Shown here in pieces: positions 22,074-32,981 of a DNA stretch of 64,000 nt (the first letter of the stretch is position 1; every line of letters begins with the position of its first letter). The position numbers and the translations under genes are program-made. Source of the stretch: Candidatus Anaerobiospirillum pullicola. GTDB lineage: Bacteria > Pseudomonadota > Gammaproteobacteria > Enterobacterales > Succinivibrionaceae. The notes beneath the pieces were generated by a model. The model was not told where the DNA came from, ran no database searches, and saw only the letters and a program-made list of their open reading frames with translations. The stretch is from NCBI GenBank assembly GCA_018884035.1, contig JAHLFE010000017.1, positions 55 through 64,054 of the forward strand. The letters run 5' to 3'.

Positions 22074-22652
22074 ATGCAGGAGTTACCAGCAACAGCACCC
22101 GTCTTTTTGGTAGGGCCGATGGGGGCCGGTAAGACCACCATTGGTAAAGCCCTCGCCTCGGCTTTAGGCCGCAGCTTTTTAGATCACGACGACCTCATCG
22201 TTAACTTGATGCACATGTCCATTCCGGATATCTTTGCGCAGTACGGTGAGCCTTTCTTCCGTGATTTAGAGCACGACTGCTTAAGATTGCTGTTAACAGG
22301 TGATTTCTCGCGCTTTAGCCGTGAGCAGCTGTACGCTGCTATCGGGAGTGATAAGCTGCCAGCAGTGATCGCCGGTGGCGGTGGTATCGCCATGCGTGCG
22401 GACAATCGGGCGCTGATCAAAGAGCACGCCCAGTGCTTGTACCTGCACATCGACGTCGAAGTGCAGTACCAGCGCGTTAAAGACGACACCAATCGCCCAA
22501 TGATTTACGTCGATGACATTAAGGGACGCTTAAGCGAGCTCTTTACTAAGCGCGATCCGCAATGGCGTGAGATTGCCCATGCCATTATTGAAGCTGATGA
22601 CTCTATCGCGCACATCGTGCAAAAGTGTCAGGTGGCGTTAGCTCTAAAGTAG
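22074..22652 (+). CDS. aroK: shikimate kinase
   Basis: FLVGPMGAGKTTIG P-loop, GE..FRDLE, GGG, RP lid. ATG 22074 follows AGGA; precedes aroB. Confidence 0.92.
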   Translation: MQELPATAPVFLVGPMGAGKTTIGKALASALGRSFLDHDDLIVNLMHMSIPDIFAQYGEPFFRDLEHDCLRLLLTGDFSRFSREQLYAAIGSDKLPAVIAGGGGIAMRADNRALIKEHAQCLYLHIDVEVQYQRVKDDTNRPMIYVDDIKGRLSELFTKRDPQWREIAHAIIEADDSIAHIVQKCQVALALK

Positions 22653-22894
22653 AGTGAAGCGGCCCTTTAGGCTACAGGGCGCACTTTAACGAGAGCGGAG
22701 AGCTTCTCCCACCGCATCATCACTATCACCACTACCACCAAGCAGTGTTACCACCGCTGTGGTGTGCCCGTCAGTGCCAATGACAAAGATCCGAGCAGCC
22801 CTGAGCTTTAATGGGGCCTGCTTTTGGTTGGGTAGGAGGCGTGAGTGCCTCTCTCTACACACAGTGAGTCGCAGTAGGATTTCGAGGAATTTTC

Positions 22895-23977
22895 ATGGAA
22901 AAGGTGCATATTGCCCTCGGGGCAAACTCTTACGATATCTGCATTGGTCGCGCTTTGCCTTGTGGTGAGCTGATGCGTCAAGCTCTGCCACGCACGCAGG
23001 AGGTTCTCATTGTCTCCAATGAGACCATTGCGCCCCTGTACATGGATAAGCTGGTAGCCCAGTTAAAGGCCTTTAACTTTAACTGCCATCAGTGCATCCT
23101 CCCTGACGGTGAAAAGTACAAGACCGTTGAGAGCTACATGCAGATCATGACCACGCTCCTTGAGAAAAACTTAGGTCGTGATTGCGCTTTAGTGGCCTTA
23201 GGCGGTGGTGTTGTCGGTGATATCACCGGATTTGCCGCAGCCACCTACCAGCGTGGTGTGGACTTTGTCCAAGTGCCTACCACCTTACTGGCCTTAGTTG
23301 ACTCCTCGGTCGGTGGTAAGACCGCGATTAACCACCCTCTAGGCAAGAACATGATTGGCGCTTTCTACCAGCCAAAGATTGTCTTAGCTGACCTCGATTA
23401 CTTACACACACTGCCACCACGTGAGATTGCCGCCGGTATGGCCGAGGTTATCAAGTACGGCGTGATCTTAGATCGCGAGTTCTTTGATTACCTCAAGAAC
23501 AATGTGAACTCATTAGACCTTGCCTACGTGGTCAAGCGTTGCTGCGAGTGGAAGGCCTATGTGGTCTCGCAGGACGAAAAAGAGCGTGGCTTACGTGCTC
23601 TCTTAAACTTCGGCCACACCTTTGGCCATGCCATTGAGGTGGGGATGGGCTTTGGTAACTACCTCCATGGTGAGGCCGTGGCTATTGGCATGGTGATCGC
23701 GGCCTATGTCGCCACCAAGCGTAAGGGCTTAGCGCAAGCAGAGTATGAGGAGCTGGTTGCGCTCTTACCACAGTACCACCTGCCTGCTGTGGTGCCACAA
23801 AAGCTGCGTGGCTCGGACTTTATTACCTTTATGCACCATGACAAAAAGGTTAAGGCCGGTAAGATTAACTACGTGCTGCCAGCAAGCATTGGTAAGTGTG
23901 CTGTGTACAACGACCTGCCTGATTATGAGGTTCGTGCCTTAATTGATGAGCTTAAGGCCGAGCAGCAGCCACAGTAG
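22895..23977 (+). CDS. aroB: 3-dehydroquinate synthase
   Basis: LGGGVVGD, RGVDFVQVPTTLLA.VDSSVGGKT, LNFGHTFGHAIE. Confidence 0.97.
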   Translation: MEKVHIALGANSYDICIGRALPCGELMRQALPRTQEVLIVSNETIAPLYMDKLVAQLKAFNFNCHQCILPDGEKYKTVESYMQIMTTLLEKNLGRDCALVALGGGVVGDITGFAAATYQRGVDFVQVPTTLLALVDSSVGGKTAINHPLGKNMIGAFYQPKIVLADLDYLHTLPPREIAAGMAEVIKYGVILDREFFDYLKNNVNSLDLAYVVKRCCEWKAYVVSQDEKERGLRALLNFGHTFGHAIEVGMGFGNYLHGEAVAIGMVIAAYVATKRKGLAQAEYEELVALLPQYHLPAVVPQKLRGSDFITFMHHDKKVKAGKINYVLPASIGKCAVYNDLPDYEVRALIDELKAEQQPQ

Positions 23978-24471
23978 TAGTAGTAAGTAGCAAGCAGCGC
24001 CGGTTGCACCTTAGGAACAGACTCCTGAGTAGAGTGAGGGGCCGAGCGCTGTAACTAAGAGGTATGCAGAGGAGCTCGGCGTTAATATGAGGTGGAGTCG
24101 CCACTTGCGAGAAGGGCAGCACGCTGCCTCGCCCCGCTTATCCTGAGCTGTAAGAGAGGTAGCTCACCTATGAGGTAAAAGCGCCACGCCGTAAGGCGCT
24201 AAGCAAGGGTGGTTGGTAACGCAAAGGGCGTAACCCATTGCTCCCCGCCTCCATTAGCGCTTTTTGGTGCATGGCTACGCAGCTTGCGTGCTCTTACGCG
24301 CTGCACTGCGGCCAATACACGCAACTCCCAGCTCTTACAGCCACCTCTTTGCCCGCTATTGCGCGTCTCACTCCACACTCTTAACCCTGCGCTTTTGGTA
24401 TTCTCTCTGAGGTGCGTTAAAATGCCGCTTGTGGCGGCACCATTGCACGCTCGTCTGCTTTAGGGTGGGGT

Positions 24472-26523
24472 ATGGATATCGAAGCACTGGCCTCTTTAGA
24501 GAGCCAAAAACGTTTTTGCGCTGACCTTGTGCAACAGGTCGTCGACCATGAGAGCTTTGTGCTCCTTGCGGGCGAACGCGGCTCCGGTCGCACCGTCGTT
24601 TGCGAGCAGGTCGTGAACGAAACCGATTCAAAAATGCGCGCTGTCTTTATCCCTTGCCATAAAGACATGCAGCTCCAGCGCCTGCGCGAACTCTTCTTAC
24701 AGCAGCTCCTCCCTAATATGGAGTTCGATACCTCCATTAACCTCCCTGACGCCCTCATCAAAGTACATATCCCCCACAACAACCGCATCTTAGTGGTGGT
24801 CGATGATGTCGATGTCGTGGTGTCCGCGTTCTATAACGAGCTTCTCGCCCTGTATGAGCAGTTCTTAGGACAGTCCCGCTTCTCCTTTATCCTCGTGTGT
24901 AAACCACTGTGGGCTGAGGAAAAAATAAGCCGCTACAACGGTAAGGCCGAAATCACGCTCAAGCAGATCCCGCCTTTAAATCTGCAAGAGTCGCTCATTC
25001 TCTCCCGCCATATCTTTGCCTTGAATAATACCCTGCGTATTTACAAGGCTATCGCTAATCGCTTGCCTGAAGCCCTTGCTGGTACCAAGGGTAACTTAAG
25101 TCGCATCATTGCCGACACGGAGACACTCATGAAGGAACCAACTGCTCCTCAATTGGGCCAAGATACGGGGGGTAAGGGCAAACTGCCTGCTGCCGCCAAG
25201 AGCAAAAAGAAGAGCAACACCGTGGGCATCTTTGTGACCGTGGTGTGCATCATCATTGTGCTGGCCTGCTTAATCCCAATCTTCTTTGGTGGAAATTTCT
25301 TCTCCGACGAGGATGCCAATACCACCCAAGCTCAAGTGCCAAACGAGAATGCCCTGCTCTTTGATGAGGGTAATAAGTCCTTTGCCGATAGCGTCACCGC
25401 CGATAACGGCGCGCTGCCACCATCGGTCTCCGGTGATGGACTTGAGGCACGGGCTCCAGCTCCACAAACTGAGCATTCAGTTACCTTATCTGGCGAAGAG
25501 TTAGATCGAATTGAAGGCGGAGCCAATGGCTCTGGCTATCCCAGGGGAGTGGGAGGATCTCAAGTAAACAACGCCGCCCCTAGCAATCAAGTGGTGACCT
25601 TACGCCGTGAGGACAACCGCAATCACTTCCGTGAGGGCGCCGCGCCACAAACTACCGCTGTTGATGTGACAGCGCAGCAACAGCAAGCGCTCATGGTGCA
25701 ACAGCAGCAAGCAGCCGCCGCTGCGGCACTGGAGCACCAAAAGCAATTGCAGGAGCAACAGCGTCAGCAGCAGTTAGCAGCGCAGCAAGCTGCGCAGCAG
25801 GCTGCGCAGCAGGCTGCCGCTCAGCAAGCCGCTGCCCAACAACAGCAGCAACAGCCACCACAGCAGCCAGAGATCTTAGAGGCGCCAATGCCACCACGCG
25901 TGGCTGCTAACGCCAATGCGCGCGATCAATTAGATCAGGCTGCTCAGGATAAGATTGCCGCTGATCGCGAGCGTGCGCAGCAAGCGGCACGGCAGCAGGA
26001 GCAAGAGCGTGCTCAGCAGCCACAGCAAACGGCGCAAAACAATCGCCAGCAGCAACAGCAGCAGCCAGCTGCGCAGCGCCAGCAACAGCCAGCGCAGCCG
26101 CAGCGTCCACCGCTGCGCGCTGGTCAGGTGATTAATCTCGCCGATGAGCAACGGGCGCAGCAAGAGGCACGGCAGCCACAGCGTCCTGCGGCTACGGCTA
26201 ATAACACGGCCCAGCGTGCTACCGGCCGCGCGGTCGAGGGCAATATCCGCGAGATGCTGAACATGTCTGATGACCGCTTTACGGTGCAGATTGTGTCCTC
26301 CTCGAGTCGTGCCAACATTACTGCCGCAGCACAGGGCTTAAACGGTCGCTACTGGATCTTAGAGACACGCTATAACAACCGTCCGTGGTTTGTGTTGCTC
26401 TCGGGTGACTATGCCACTCGTGATGCGGCGCAAGCAGCCGCACGGCAGATTCCTCGTTCCGTGTCTCAGGGCGCGATTCCATTTGCCAAGCGCTTAATGG
26501 ACATCAAGCCAGAGATTCGCTAA
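24472..26523 (+). CDS. damX: DamX-like cell division protein (N-terminal degenerate AAA, TM helix, Gln-rich linker, C-terminal SPOR)
   Basis: GERGSGRT degenerate P-loop, one TM helix, FTVQI...WFVLLSGDYATRDAA SPOR-like end; located after aroB. Confidence 0.75.
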   Translation: MDIEALASLESQKRFCADLVQQVVDHESFVLLAGERGSGRTVVCEQVVNETDSKMRAVFIPCHKDMQLQRLRELFLQQLLPNMEFDTSINLPDALIKVHIPHNNRILVVVDDVDVVVSAFYNELLALYEQFLGQSRFSFILVCKPLWAEEKISRYNGKAEITLKQIPPLNLQESLILSRHIFALNNTLRIYKAIANRLPEALAGTKGNLSRIIADTETLMKEPTAPQLGQDTGGKGKLPAAAKSKKKSNTVGIFVTVVCIIIVLACLIPIFFGGNFFSDEDANTTQAQVPNENALLFDEGNKSFADSVTADNGALPPSVSGDGLEARAPAPQTEHSVTLSGEELDRIEGGANGSGYPRGVGGSQVNNAAPSNQVVTLRREDNRNHFREGAAPQTTAVDVTAQQQQALMVQQQQAAAAAALEHQKQLQEQQRQQQLAAQQAAQQAAQQAAAQQAAAQQQQQQPPQQPEILEAPMPPRVAANANARDQLDQAAQDKIAADRERAQQAARQQEQERAQQPQQTAQNNRQQQQQQPAAQRQQQPAQPQRPPLRAGQVINLADEQRAQQEARQPQRPAATANNTAQRATGRAVEGNIREMLNMSDDRFTVQIVSSSSRANITAAAQGLNGRYWILETRYNNRPWFVLLSGDYATRDAAQAAARQIPRSVSQGAIPFAKRLMDIKPEIR

Positions 26524-26919
26524 GCAGCCACTGCCACAGCTAAGCCCCCACAGCGACGGTAGCTACGGACGCCTTGGACGCCTTAGAGGTATGCGCACAG
26601 CGGCAAGCGCTAGGCTGTGGGGAACAGCACTGGGAGCGTCGCTGGCGCAGTGCGTCGCACCTCAACTGTCATCGTGTTTTGTCCTATTTACGTCTCTCTA
26701 AGGCGAAATTACGGCTCTACGCTGATCTTGAGCGTAATGGCTGTGACCGTAACAAGAGGCTGCTGCTAACTGGTAGTTGTTACTCCACAGGTGGCATGCG
26801 ACCTCACCGGTCGTAGGTTTTTGTAAGTTACTTATTTCCTCTGCACTCTCTGCCACATTAATTTTGGCGATGTGCCGTGCGCGGTGTACGCCCCGTGCCG
26901 CAACTTTTGCTGGGCCCTT

Positions 26920-27594
26920 ATGGAAAAGAAACACTTATTTGCAGGCTCGATCCTCTCTGCCGACCTCTTAGACCTCGGTCAGGACATCCAAAACGCCCTC
27001 GATGCCAAGATCGACATCATTCATTTTGATGTCATGGACTACCACTTTGTGCAGAATCTGACCTTTGGTCCAGGTTTACTCAAAGCCATCAGAAAGCGCT
27101 TCCCTGAGGCGATTTTAGATGTGCACCTCATGGTGACGCCAATTACCGAGCAAATCATCACTGATTACGCCAAAGCGGGCGCTTCCATGATCTCCTTTCA
27201 CCCAGAGGCGACGCCACACGCAGATCGCTACTTAACGCTGATCCGTGATTTAGGTTGCAAGGCAGGCTTAGTCTTAAATCCCGCGACGCCACCAGAGCTC
27301 TTACGCTACTTATGGGAGCGCCTCGACTTTGTGCTGGTGATGACGGTAAACCCTGGCTTTGGCGGACAAAAGCTCATTCCTGCGACGCTGCAAAAGGTGG
27401 CAGATATCCGTCAGATGGCCACTGAGGCAGGGCATGGTGACCTGCTCTTAGAGGTCGACGGCGGTGTGGCGGTGTCTACGGTTAAGGCCTGTGCAGATGC
27501 TGGTGCTGACATTTTTGTGGTGGGCTCGGCTTTCTTTGCGCAGGACAATTACGAGAGCGCGTTAGCGCAGTTACACGGCGCCTTACAGGGATAA
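26920..27594 (+). CDS. rpe: ribulose-phosphate 3-epimerase
   Basis: SILSAD, HFDVMD.HFV.NLTFG, DVHLMV, NPGFGGQ, EVDGG. Confidence 0.96.
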   Translation: MEKKHLFAGSILSADLLDLGQDIQNALDAKIDIIHFDVMDYHFVQNLTFGPGLLKAIRKRFPEAILDVHLMVTPITEQIITDYAKAGASMISFHPEATPHADRYLTLIRDLGCKAGLVLNPATPPELLRYLWERLDFVLVMTVNPGFGGQKLIPATLQKVADIRQMATEAGHGDLLLEVDGGVAVSTVKACADAGADIFVVGSAFFAQDNYESALAQLHGALQG

Positions 27595-28040
27595 GAGTGG
27601 AGTAAAGAGGCGTGCCCCCACATTACCCCGAGGGATGGCGGACTTATCCCGTAAAAGTAAGCGCAGGGCTCGCGGTGGCGATGAGGCTTACGGTGTGGTA
27701 CCTCAACGGTGTGGAACCTTACGGTGCGGCACCTTACGTTTTTACCTCGAGTTAGGGCGCGGTGACGTGCCTGTCACCGCTGGGGTTAGCCAGTATATTT
27801 AAGGTGTGATGGGAACACCGTTGCTTTTGCACATGAGCTGATTCCATGGCCGCCTTTGGCGCCTCTGACGCCTCTGCCAACACTTTTGGCACTGATGCCA
27901 CTTGCGATACGCTCGCCACTCCCGCCACTCCCGCCACTCCCGCCACTCACGTCACTTCCCTGTGATGCCCTTTCTGTGCTGCCCTTAGCGGTGCAGCCTC
28001 AGCTGCCTCCTTGCTGGCAGCTACAAGTAGAGAGAACACT

Positions 28041-28748
28041 ATGGCCCTAACTGCTAAACCTCAGGCCATGATCTTTGATCTGGATGGTACCTTAGCGCAC
28101 ACCTTACCGCAGCTTTCCCTTGCGGTGAGCAAGGTGGCGCAAGCGATGGGCTTACCGGTGCCTAATGCTGAGACCATGAGCCAATTTGTGGGCAATGGTG
28201 TCACCATGCTCTTAGGGCGCGTCATTATGGGCCGCCATGATATTGAGCTTACAGAGGTTCCAGAAGAGAAGATGAAAGAGGCACGGGCGCTCTTTAATCG
28301 CTTCTATCAAGAGGGCCTCTCTAGCGACTTTGTAGTCTATCCAGGCGTAGTAGATGGCCTCAAGTACTTTCAAAGCTGTGGCATCAAGCTCGGCGTGGTG
28401 ACCAACAAGCCCAACATCTTTGCCCAGCCGCTGTTAGGCTTTATGGGCTTAAAGCCGTTTTTTGCGCAGATTTTGGGCGGTGAGGTGCTCAAAGAGCGCA
28501 AGCCTGACCCAACGCCGGTGTTGTATGTGCTCGATAAAATGGGCGCCGCCCCGCAGCAGAGCTTAATGGTAGGTGATTCCATTAACGACGTAAAAGCAGG
28601 GCAAAATGCGCACATGGCAACCGTGGCGTTTACTTATGGTTACAATGGTGGCTACGATTTACACACCAGCTGCAACCCAGATTACTTGTTTTCCCGCTTT
28701 GACGAGCTGACAGAGCTGATCCGCTCGCTGCCACCACGCGCCTCGTAA
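28041..28748 (+). CDS. gph: phosphoglycolate phosphatase (HAD family)
   Basis: [25 protein letters not shown]; lies between rpe and trpS. Confidence 0.92.
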   Translation: MALTAKPQAMIFDLDGTLAHTLPQLSLAVSKVAQAMGLPVPNAETMSQFVGNGVTMLLGRVIMGRHDIELTEVPEEKMKEARALFNRFYQEGLSSDFVVYPGVVDGLKYFQSCGIKLGVVTNKPNIFAQPLLGFMGLKPFFAQILGGEVLKERKPDPTPVLYVLDKMGAAPQQSLMVGDSINDVKAGQNAHMATVAFTYGYNGGYDLHTSCNPDYLFSRFDELTELIRSLPPRAS

Positions 28749-28873
28749 GAGGCGGTGAAGCCATCTCTGGCATCAGCTCACATGAGTGCTACCTGCTACC
28801 ATGGGTAGCGCCAGCGTTTTCTTGCAGCTTAGTGGAGATTTGGCCGGTTCCGGCTTTTGTAGAAACAACGTTT

Positions 28874-29878
28874 ATGGCACAAGAGATCATTTTTTCGGGC
28901 ATCCAGCCTTCAGGTGAACTGTCGATCGGTAATTACATCGGTTCCCTGAGAAATTGGGTGCCAATGCAAGACCAAGCTGACTGCATCTACTGTGTGGTAG
29001 ATGAGCACGCTATTACCGTGCGGCAAAAGAGCCCTGAGGTGCTGCGCGACAATACCCTCAATACTCTGGCGCTGTTCTTAGCCAGCGGCATTGACCCTGA
29101 GAAGTCCATTATTTTCTTGCAGTCGCATGTGCCAGCCCATTGCCAATTAGGATGGGTCTTAAACTGCTACACCCAAATGGGTGAGTTAAGCCGTATGACG
29201 CAGTACAAGGACAAGTCCCAGCGCTACGCCAACAACGTTACGGCCGGCCTCTTTAACTACCCAGTGTTAATGGCTGCGGACATCCTGCTCTATAAGGCCC
29301 ATAAGGTGCCAGTAGGTGATGATCAGCGTCAGCACATCGAAATCACTCGCGATATCGCTGAGCGTTTCAATGGCCTCTATGGTGAGACCTTTGTGCTGCC
29401 TGTGGGCTACTTCCCTAAGGCTGGTGCGCGCGTCATGTCGCTGCAAGAGCCAACCAAGAAGATGTCCAAGTCCGATGACAACCCAAAGAACGTCATCCGC
29501 ATGCTGGAGGAGCCAAAGTCGATCTTAAAGAAGATTAAGTCGGCGGTAACTGACTCGGACGATCCACCAGTAGTAGCTTATGACTGGGAGAAGAAGCCTG
29601 GCGTTTCTAACCTCTTAGAGCTGATGAGCGCCGCCACTGGCCGCGATATCAACGAGCTGGTGGAGCACTTTAGAGGTGCGATGTATGGCACCTTTAAGAG
29701 TGAGGTCGGCGAGGCCGTGGTCGCCATGTTAGAGCCAATTCAGCAGCGCTATAAGGAGATTCGCGCTGATGAGGGCTACATGCGTGAGGTCTTTGCCAAG
29801 GGCGCTGCTAAGGCTTCGGAGCGTGCCCAGAAGACCTTAGAAGAGGTCTATCGCAAGATTGGTTTTGTGGTGTACTAA
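28874..29878 (+). CDS. trpS: tryptophanyl-tRNA synthetase
   Basis: SGIQPSG.LSIGNY (HIGH-like), [15 protein letters not shown]. Confidence 0.98.
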   Translation: MAQEIIFSGIQPSGELSIGNYIGSLRNWVPMQDQADCIYCVVDEHAITVRQKSPEVLRDNTLNTLALFLASGIDPEKSIIFLQSHVPAHCQLGWVLNCYTQMGELSRMTQYKDKSQRYANNVTAGLFNYPVLMAADILLYKAHKVPVGDDQRQHIEITRDIAERFNGLYGETFVLPVGYFPKAGARVMSLQEPTKKMSKSDDNPKNVIRMLEEPKSILKKIKSAVTDSDDPPVVAYDWEKKPGVSNLLELMSAATGRDINELVEHFRGAMYGTFKSEVGEAVVAMLEPIQQRYKEIRADEGYMREVFAKGAAKASERAQKTLEEVYRKIGFVVY

Positions 29879-30225
29879 GCCACAAGTAGAGCTCTTGTAG
29901 CTCAAGTAGAGTTCTTGCAGAGCGTGTAGTGGTAGAGTGCAGTAGAGGAGTGTAAGGACACTCTGCACTCGGGCTCTCCCCGTGCTACGTGCTACGCAGG
30001 AGATATCTGCCCCCAAATAAGGAAAGGTATGTCGGCAACGGCGTACCTTTTGTCTTATTTGGCTGTTGCCTTAGGGGCGGTCTGTACCGCCTTTCATGGT
30101 GGCAGAGAGCTCTTACGAGCTCGCAAACTAAGAGCACGCCCCCTCAGGGGCGCGTGGCTCTGGGCGGCATTTGCAGCTTTTTCTTCAGAAGCTGCCTTTT
30201 TTCTAAACACAACGCAAATACACTT

Positions 30226-30465
30226 ATGTCTGAAAATCTCACCAAGTACAACGACGCCTTCTGTCGCACTTTTCTCGTTACCGCAGAGCAATTGCCTGAT
30301 TTGCAGTATCAGGGGATTGAGGCATGGGACTCCGTGGGGCATATGACCCTCATGGGTGTGCTTGAAGAGGCGTTTGACATCATGCTCGATCCTGATGATG
30401 TCATTGGCTTTAGCTCCTATGCTAAAGGTATGGAGATCCTTGGCAAGTACGGTATTACCTTTTAG
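30226..30465 (+). CDS. stand-alone acyl carrier protein of the type found in polysaccharide loci
   Basis: 79-aa acidic protein with a WDSVGH phosphopantetheine site and LEEAFDI. Confidence 0.85.
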   Translation: MSENLTKYNDAFCRTFLVTAEQLPDLQYQGIEAWDSVGHMTLMGVLEEAFDIMLDPDDVIGFSSYAKGMEILGKYGITF

Positions 30466-30751
30466 GGTGCCGTGGCTTTAATGCTGGTAAAGCAAGCTGC
30501 AGTTGCAGTTACAGTTACTGCTGCTGATACTGCTTGTTTGCTTGCCGGTGCCGCATCTTACTTGGGCTAAGGGATCACTTGCAGGGTGGCAGCGCCTGCC
30601 GCTTGCCGCTAGCCAATACTGCTACCTCCTTGGCGCTCCCTTAGCAGCCTCTGTTAGTGCTACTGCCAGCGCTTATTGCCTGATGTGCACTGCGTCATGT
30701 GCGCTGTGGTGATGTGTGGCAAGTGGCACCACTGGTAAGAGATACTTGCTC

Positions 30752-31615
30752 ATGAGTGCTGTTCTTCAGGTAGAAGAGCTGAAGCACCGTGCTGCTTTAG
30801 CTCGCATCGCCATTATTAAAGCTGGCCACAATAAAGGCCCCCTGCATTTTGCCAGCTCCCTCTCTTGTGTCGAGCTGATGCTCACAGCCATGAATCTCAT
30901 GGCCGAGGACGATCTGTTTTTCTTAAGTAAGGGCCATGCCTCGTTAGGGCGCTTGGCCGTCTTAGAGGCCTTAGGTAAGTTGGATGCCTCGTGGCAAGAG
31001 CAGTTTGCTACCAACGGTAGTCCTTTTGCCGTGCACACTTCGTATCTGCCTGAGCTGGGGATCATTGCTCCTACGGGATCTTTAGGTTTAGGCCCCTCCT
31101 TAGCATTAGGTCACGCGCTCGGGGCGCGTTTACAAAATCCCCACCATCCGGCTAAAAGCTGCGTGCTGTGTGGAAATGGTGAGTGCAATGAGGGCGCTAC
31201 ATATGAGGCTTTCTTGTACGCTGGGGCGCATAGGATTAGTAACTTCTGCGTCTTGCTTGATCACAACCATATGCAGCTTGATGGCGCTTCAGCGCAAGTG
31301 CTGCCGGTGCATGATTATGCGGCTTTGTTTCGTGCTTTAGGTTTTACGGTGCACGAGGTCGATGGGCATGATCTCCACGCTTTAGAGCAGTGCTTGCGTG
31401 CTTTCTATCAAGCTGAGCCGCAAGCGCAGGCTGAAGCTGCGCCGCTGGCGATCGTGGCGCATACCGTGCGGGGTAAGGGCGTGTCTTTTATGGAAAATGC
31501 CCTGCAATGGCATACGGGCGCTCTTGATGAGCAGCATTACGTGCAAGCGCTCAGCGAGCTGGAGCAAGCTCTCTGTGAGCAGGAGCAAGCTCTTAGCAAG
31601 CGGTGTGGGGAGTAA
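30752..31615 (+). CDS. transketolase-like ThDP enzyme, N-terminal subunit
   Basis: H..SSLS, FFLSKGHA, TGSLG.G, GNGECNEG...DHN, VDGHD, HTVRGKGVSFME...WH. Confidence 0.88.
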   Translation: MSAVLQVEELKHRAALARIAIIKAGHNKGPLHFASSLSCVELMLTAMNLMAEDDLFFLSKGHASLGRLAVLEALGKLDASWQEQFATNGSPFAVHTSYLPELGIIAPTGSLGLGPSLALGHALGARLQNPHHPAKSCVLCGNGECNEGATYEAFLYAGAHRISNFCVLLDHNHMQLDGASAQVLPVHDYAALFRALGFTVHEVDGHDLHALEQCLRAFYQAEPQAQAEAAPLAIVAHTVRGKGVSFMENALQWHTGALDEQHYVQALSELEQALCEQEQALSKRCGE

Positions 31616-31620
31616 CAAGC

Positions 31621-32610
31621 ATGGCCTTAAATGCTGAGAAGTTAGTGAGCATGGCGCGCCAAGACCCAAATCTGGTCTATGGTGAGGCTTTGCTTAATAT
31701 TGCCGCTACCCATGATAAGGTTTTAGCGCTGACTGCGGATACCGGTCACTATGTGGGCGCCGAGGAGTTTGCAGCGCAGTTCCCTGAGCGCTTTTTTGAC
31801 GTGGGTATCTCTGAGCAGAACTTAATCGGTATGGCCGCTGGCCTCGCTGCCAGTGGCTATAACGTCTTTGCCAGCACCTTTGCCGTCTTTATCACGGAGC
31901 GGGTCTTTGAGCTCCTGAAGCTTGACGTGGCTTACCGCCATCTCAATGTCAAGCTGATTGGTCTGTCGTCGGGACTGAGCACTACCACGATGGGCAACAG
32001 CCATTACTGCTGTGATGATGTCGCTATGACCACCTTGCTGCCTGGCTTTACTGTGTTGGCACCTGGGGATAAAGCTGAGCTCTACGAGATGGTGACGCAG
32101 CTTCAGGACTTTGCGGGGCCTGTTTATGTGCGCATTAACGTCAATCAAATGCTGCATACAAGCCCGTTTACCCTGACCTTGGGCAAGGCCATGTGTATGA
32201 CGCCAGAGACAGAGCTGGGCGTACAGACTGATGCGGTGGATGTGTGCCTTTTAAGTTACGGCTCTATGGTGAGCGAAGCGCTGCGTGCGGCTAAGGCTAT
32301 CACGCGTAAGGGCTACAAGGCGGCGGTGTACAACTTCCACACACTAAAGCCGTTGGATGAGGAGGCTTTGCGGCTGATACTCACCAGCAGCAAGTTAGTA
32401 GTGACGCTTGAAGAGCACTACGTGCAAGGCGGCTTAGGCTCGATGGTGGCGCAGTTTAAGGGCTTGCACGATTTACCGGCAAAGCTACTGACGTATGGTA
32501 TTGCGCAAGGCTTCTTTTCCGCTGGCTCGTACTTGCACTTGCTCAAGGAAAGCCGCTTAGGTGCCAGCTTTATAGTGCCAGAGGTTTTGCAGGTATTGGC
32601 TGCGCTGTAA
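31621..32610 (+). CDS. transketolase-like enzyme, C-terminal subunit
   Basis: FPERFFDVGISEQNLIGMAAGLA, GPVYVR, TLKPLD, EEH...GGLGS. Confidence 0.88.
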   Translation: MALNAEKLVSMARQDPNLVYGEALLNIAATHDKVLALTADTGHYVGAEEFAAQFPERFFDVGISEQNLIGMAAGLAASGYNVFASTFAVFITERVFELLKLDVAYRHLNVKLIGLSSGLSTTTMGNSHYCCDDVAMTTLLPGFTVLAPGDKAELYEMVTQLQDFAGPVYVRINVNQMLHTSPFTLTLGKAMCMTPETELGVQTDAVDVCLLSYGSMVSEALRAAKAITRKGYKAAVYNFHTLKPLDEEALRLILTSSKLVVTLEEHYVQGGLGSMVAQFKGLHDLPAKLLTYGIAQGFFSAGSYLHLLKESRLGASFIVPEVLQVLAAL

Positions 32611-32699
32611 GCGCTACTCCCAGCTCAAGTAAGCATGGCGCCATGTAAAGCTGTCTGCCGCGTGGTGTTTTAGAGATAAAGCGCCATAGCAGCTGAGAT

Positions 32700-32924
32700 C
32701 CGATCGTGAGGAGGTCTGGGATAATTTCGATCTGGCTTAGCAACACAGGGGTTAAGAGCACAAGTCAAGGCTATCTCGAGATAACCTTGAGCCAGAATTG
32801 GGGTTCTTGACCTTATTTTGACCATAAGCCACATGCTTTATCCAAGATTTACCTTGAGATAGGGCTCATGAAAGACCTTGTTTATGGGCTTGGTAAAAAT
32901 GAACTTAGATCTCCTCACGGTCGG
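32700..32924. mobile_element. MITE family F (225 bp, 18-bp TIR, 5-bp target duplication GAGAT)
   Basis: GAGAT|CCGATCGTGAGGAGGTCT...AGATCTCCTCACGGTCGG|GAGAT; single copy in the window. Confidence 0.75.
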
Positions 32925-32981
32925 GAGATAGCCTCTGTTGCGGCTTCTGCGGCTGCCGCTGCTGTTCTTAAGGACTCTCTG

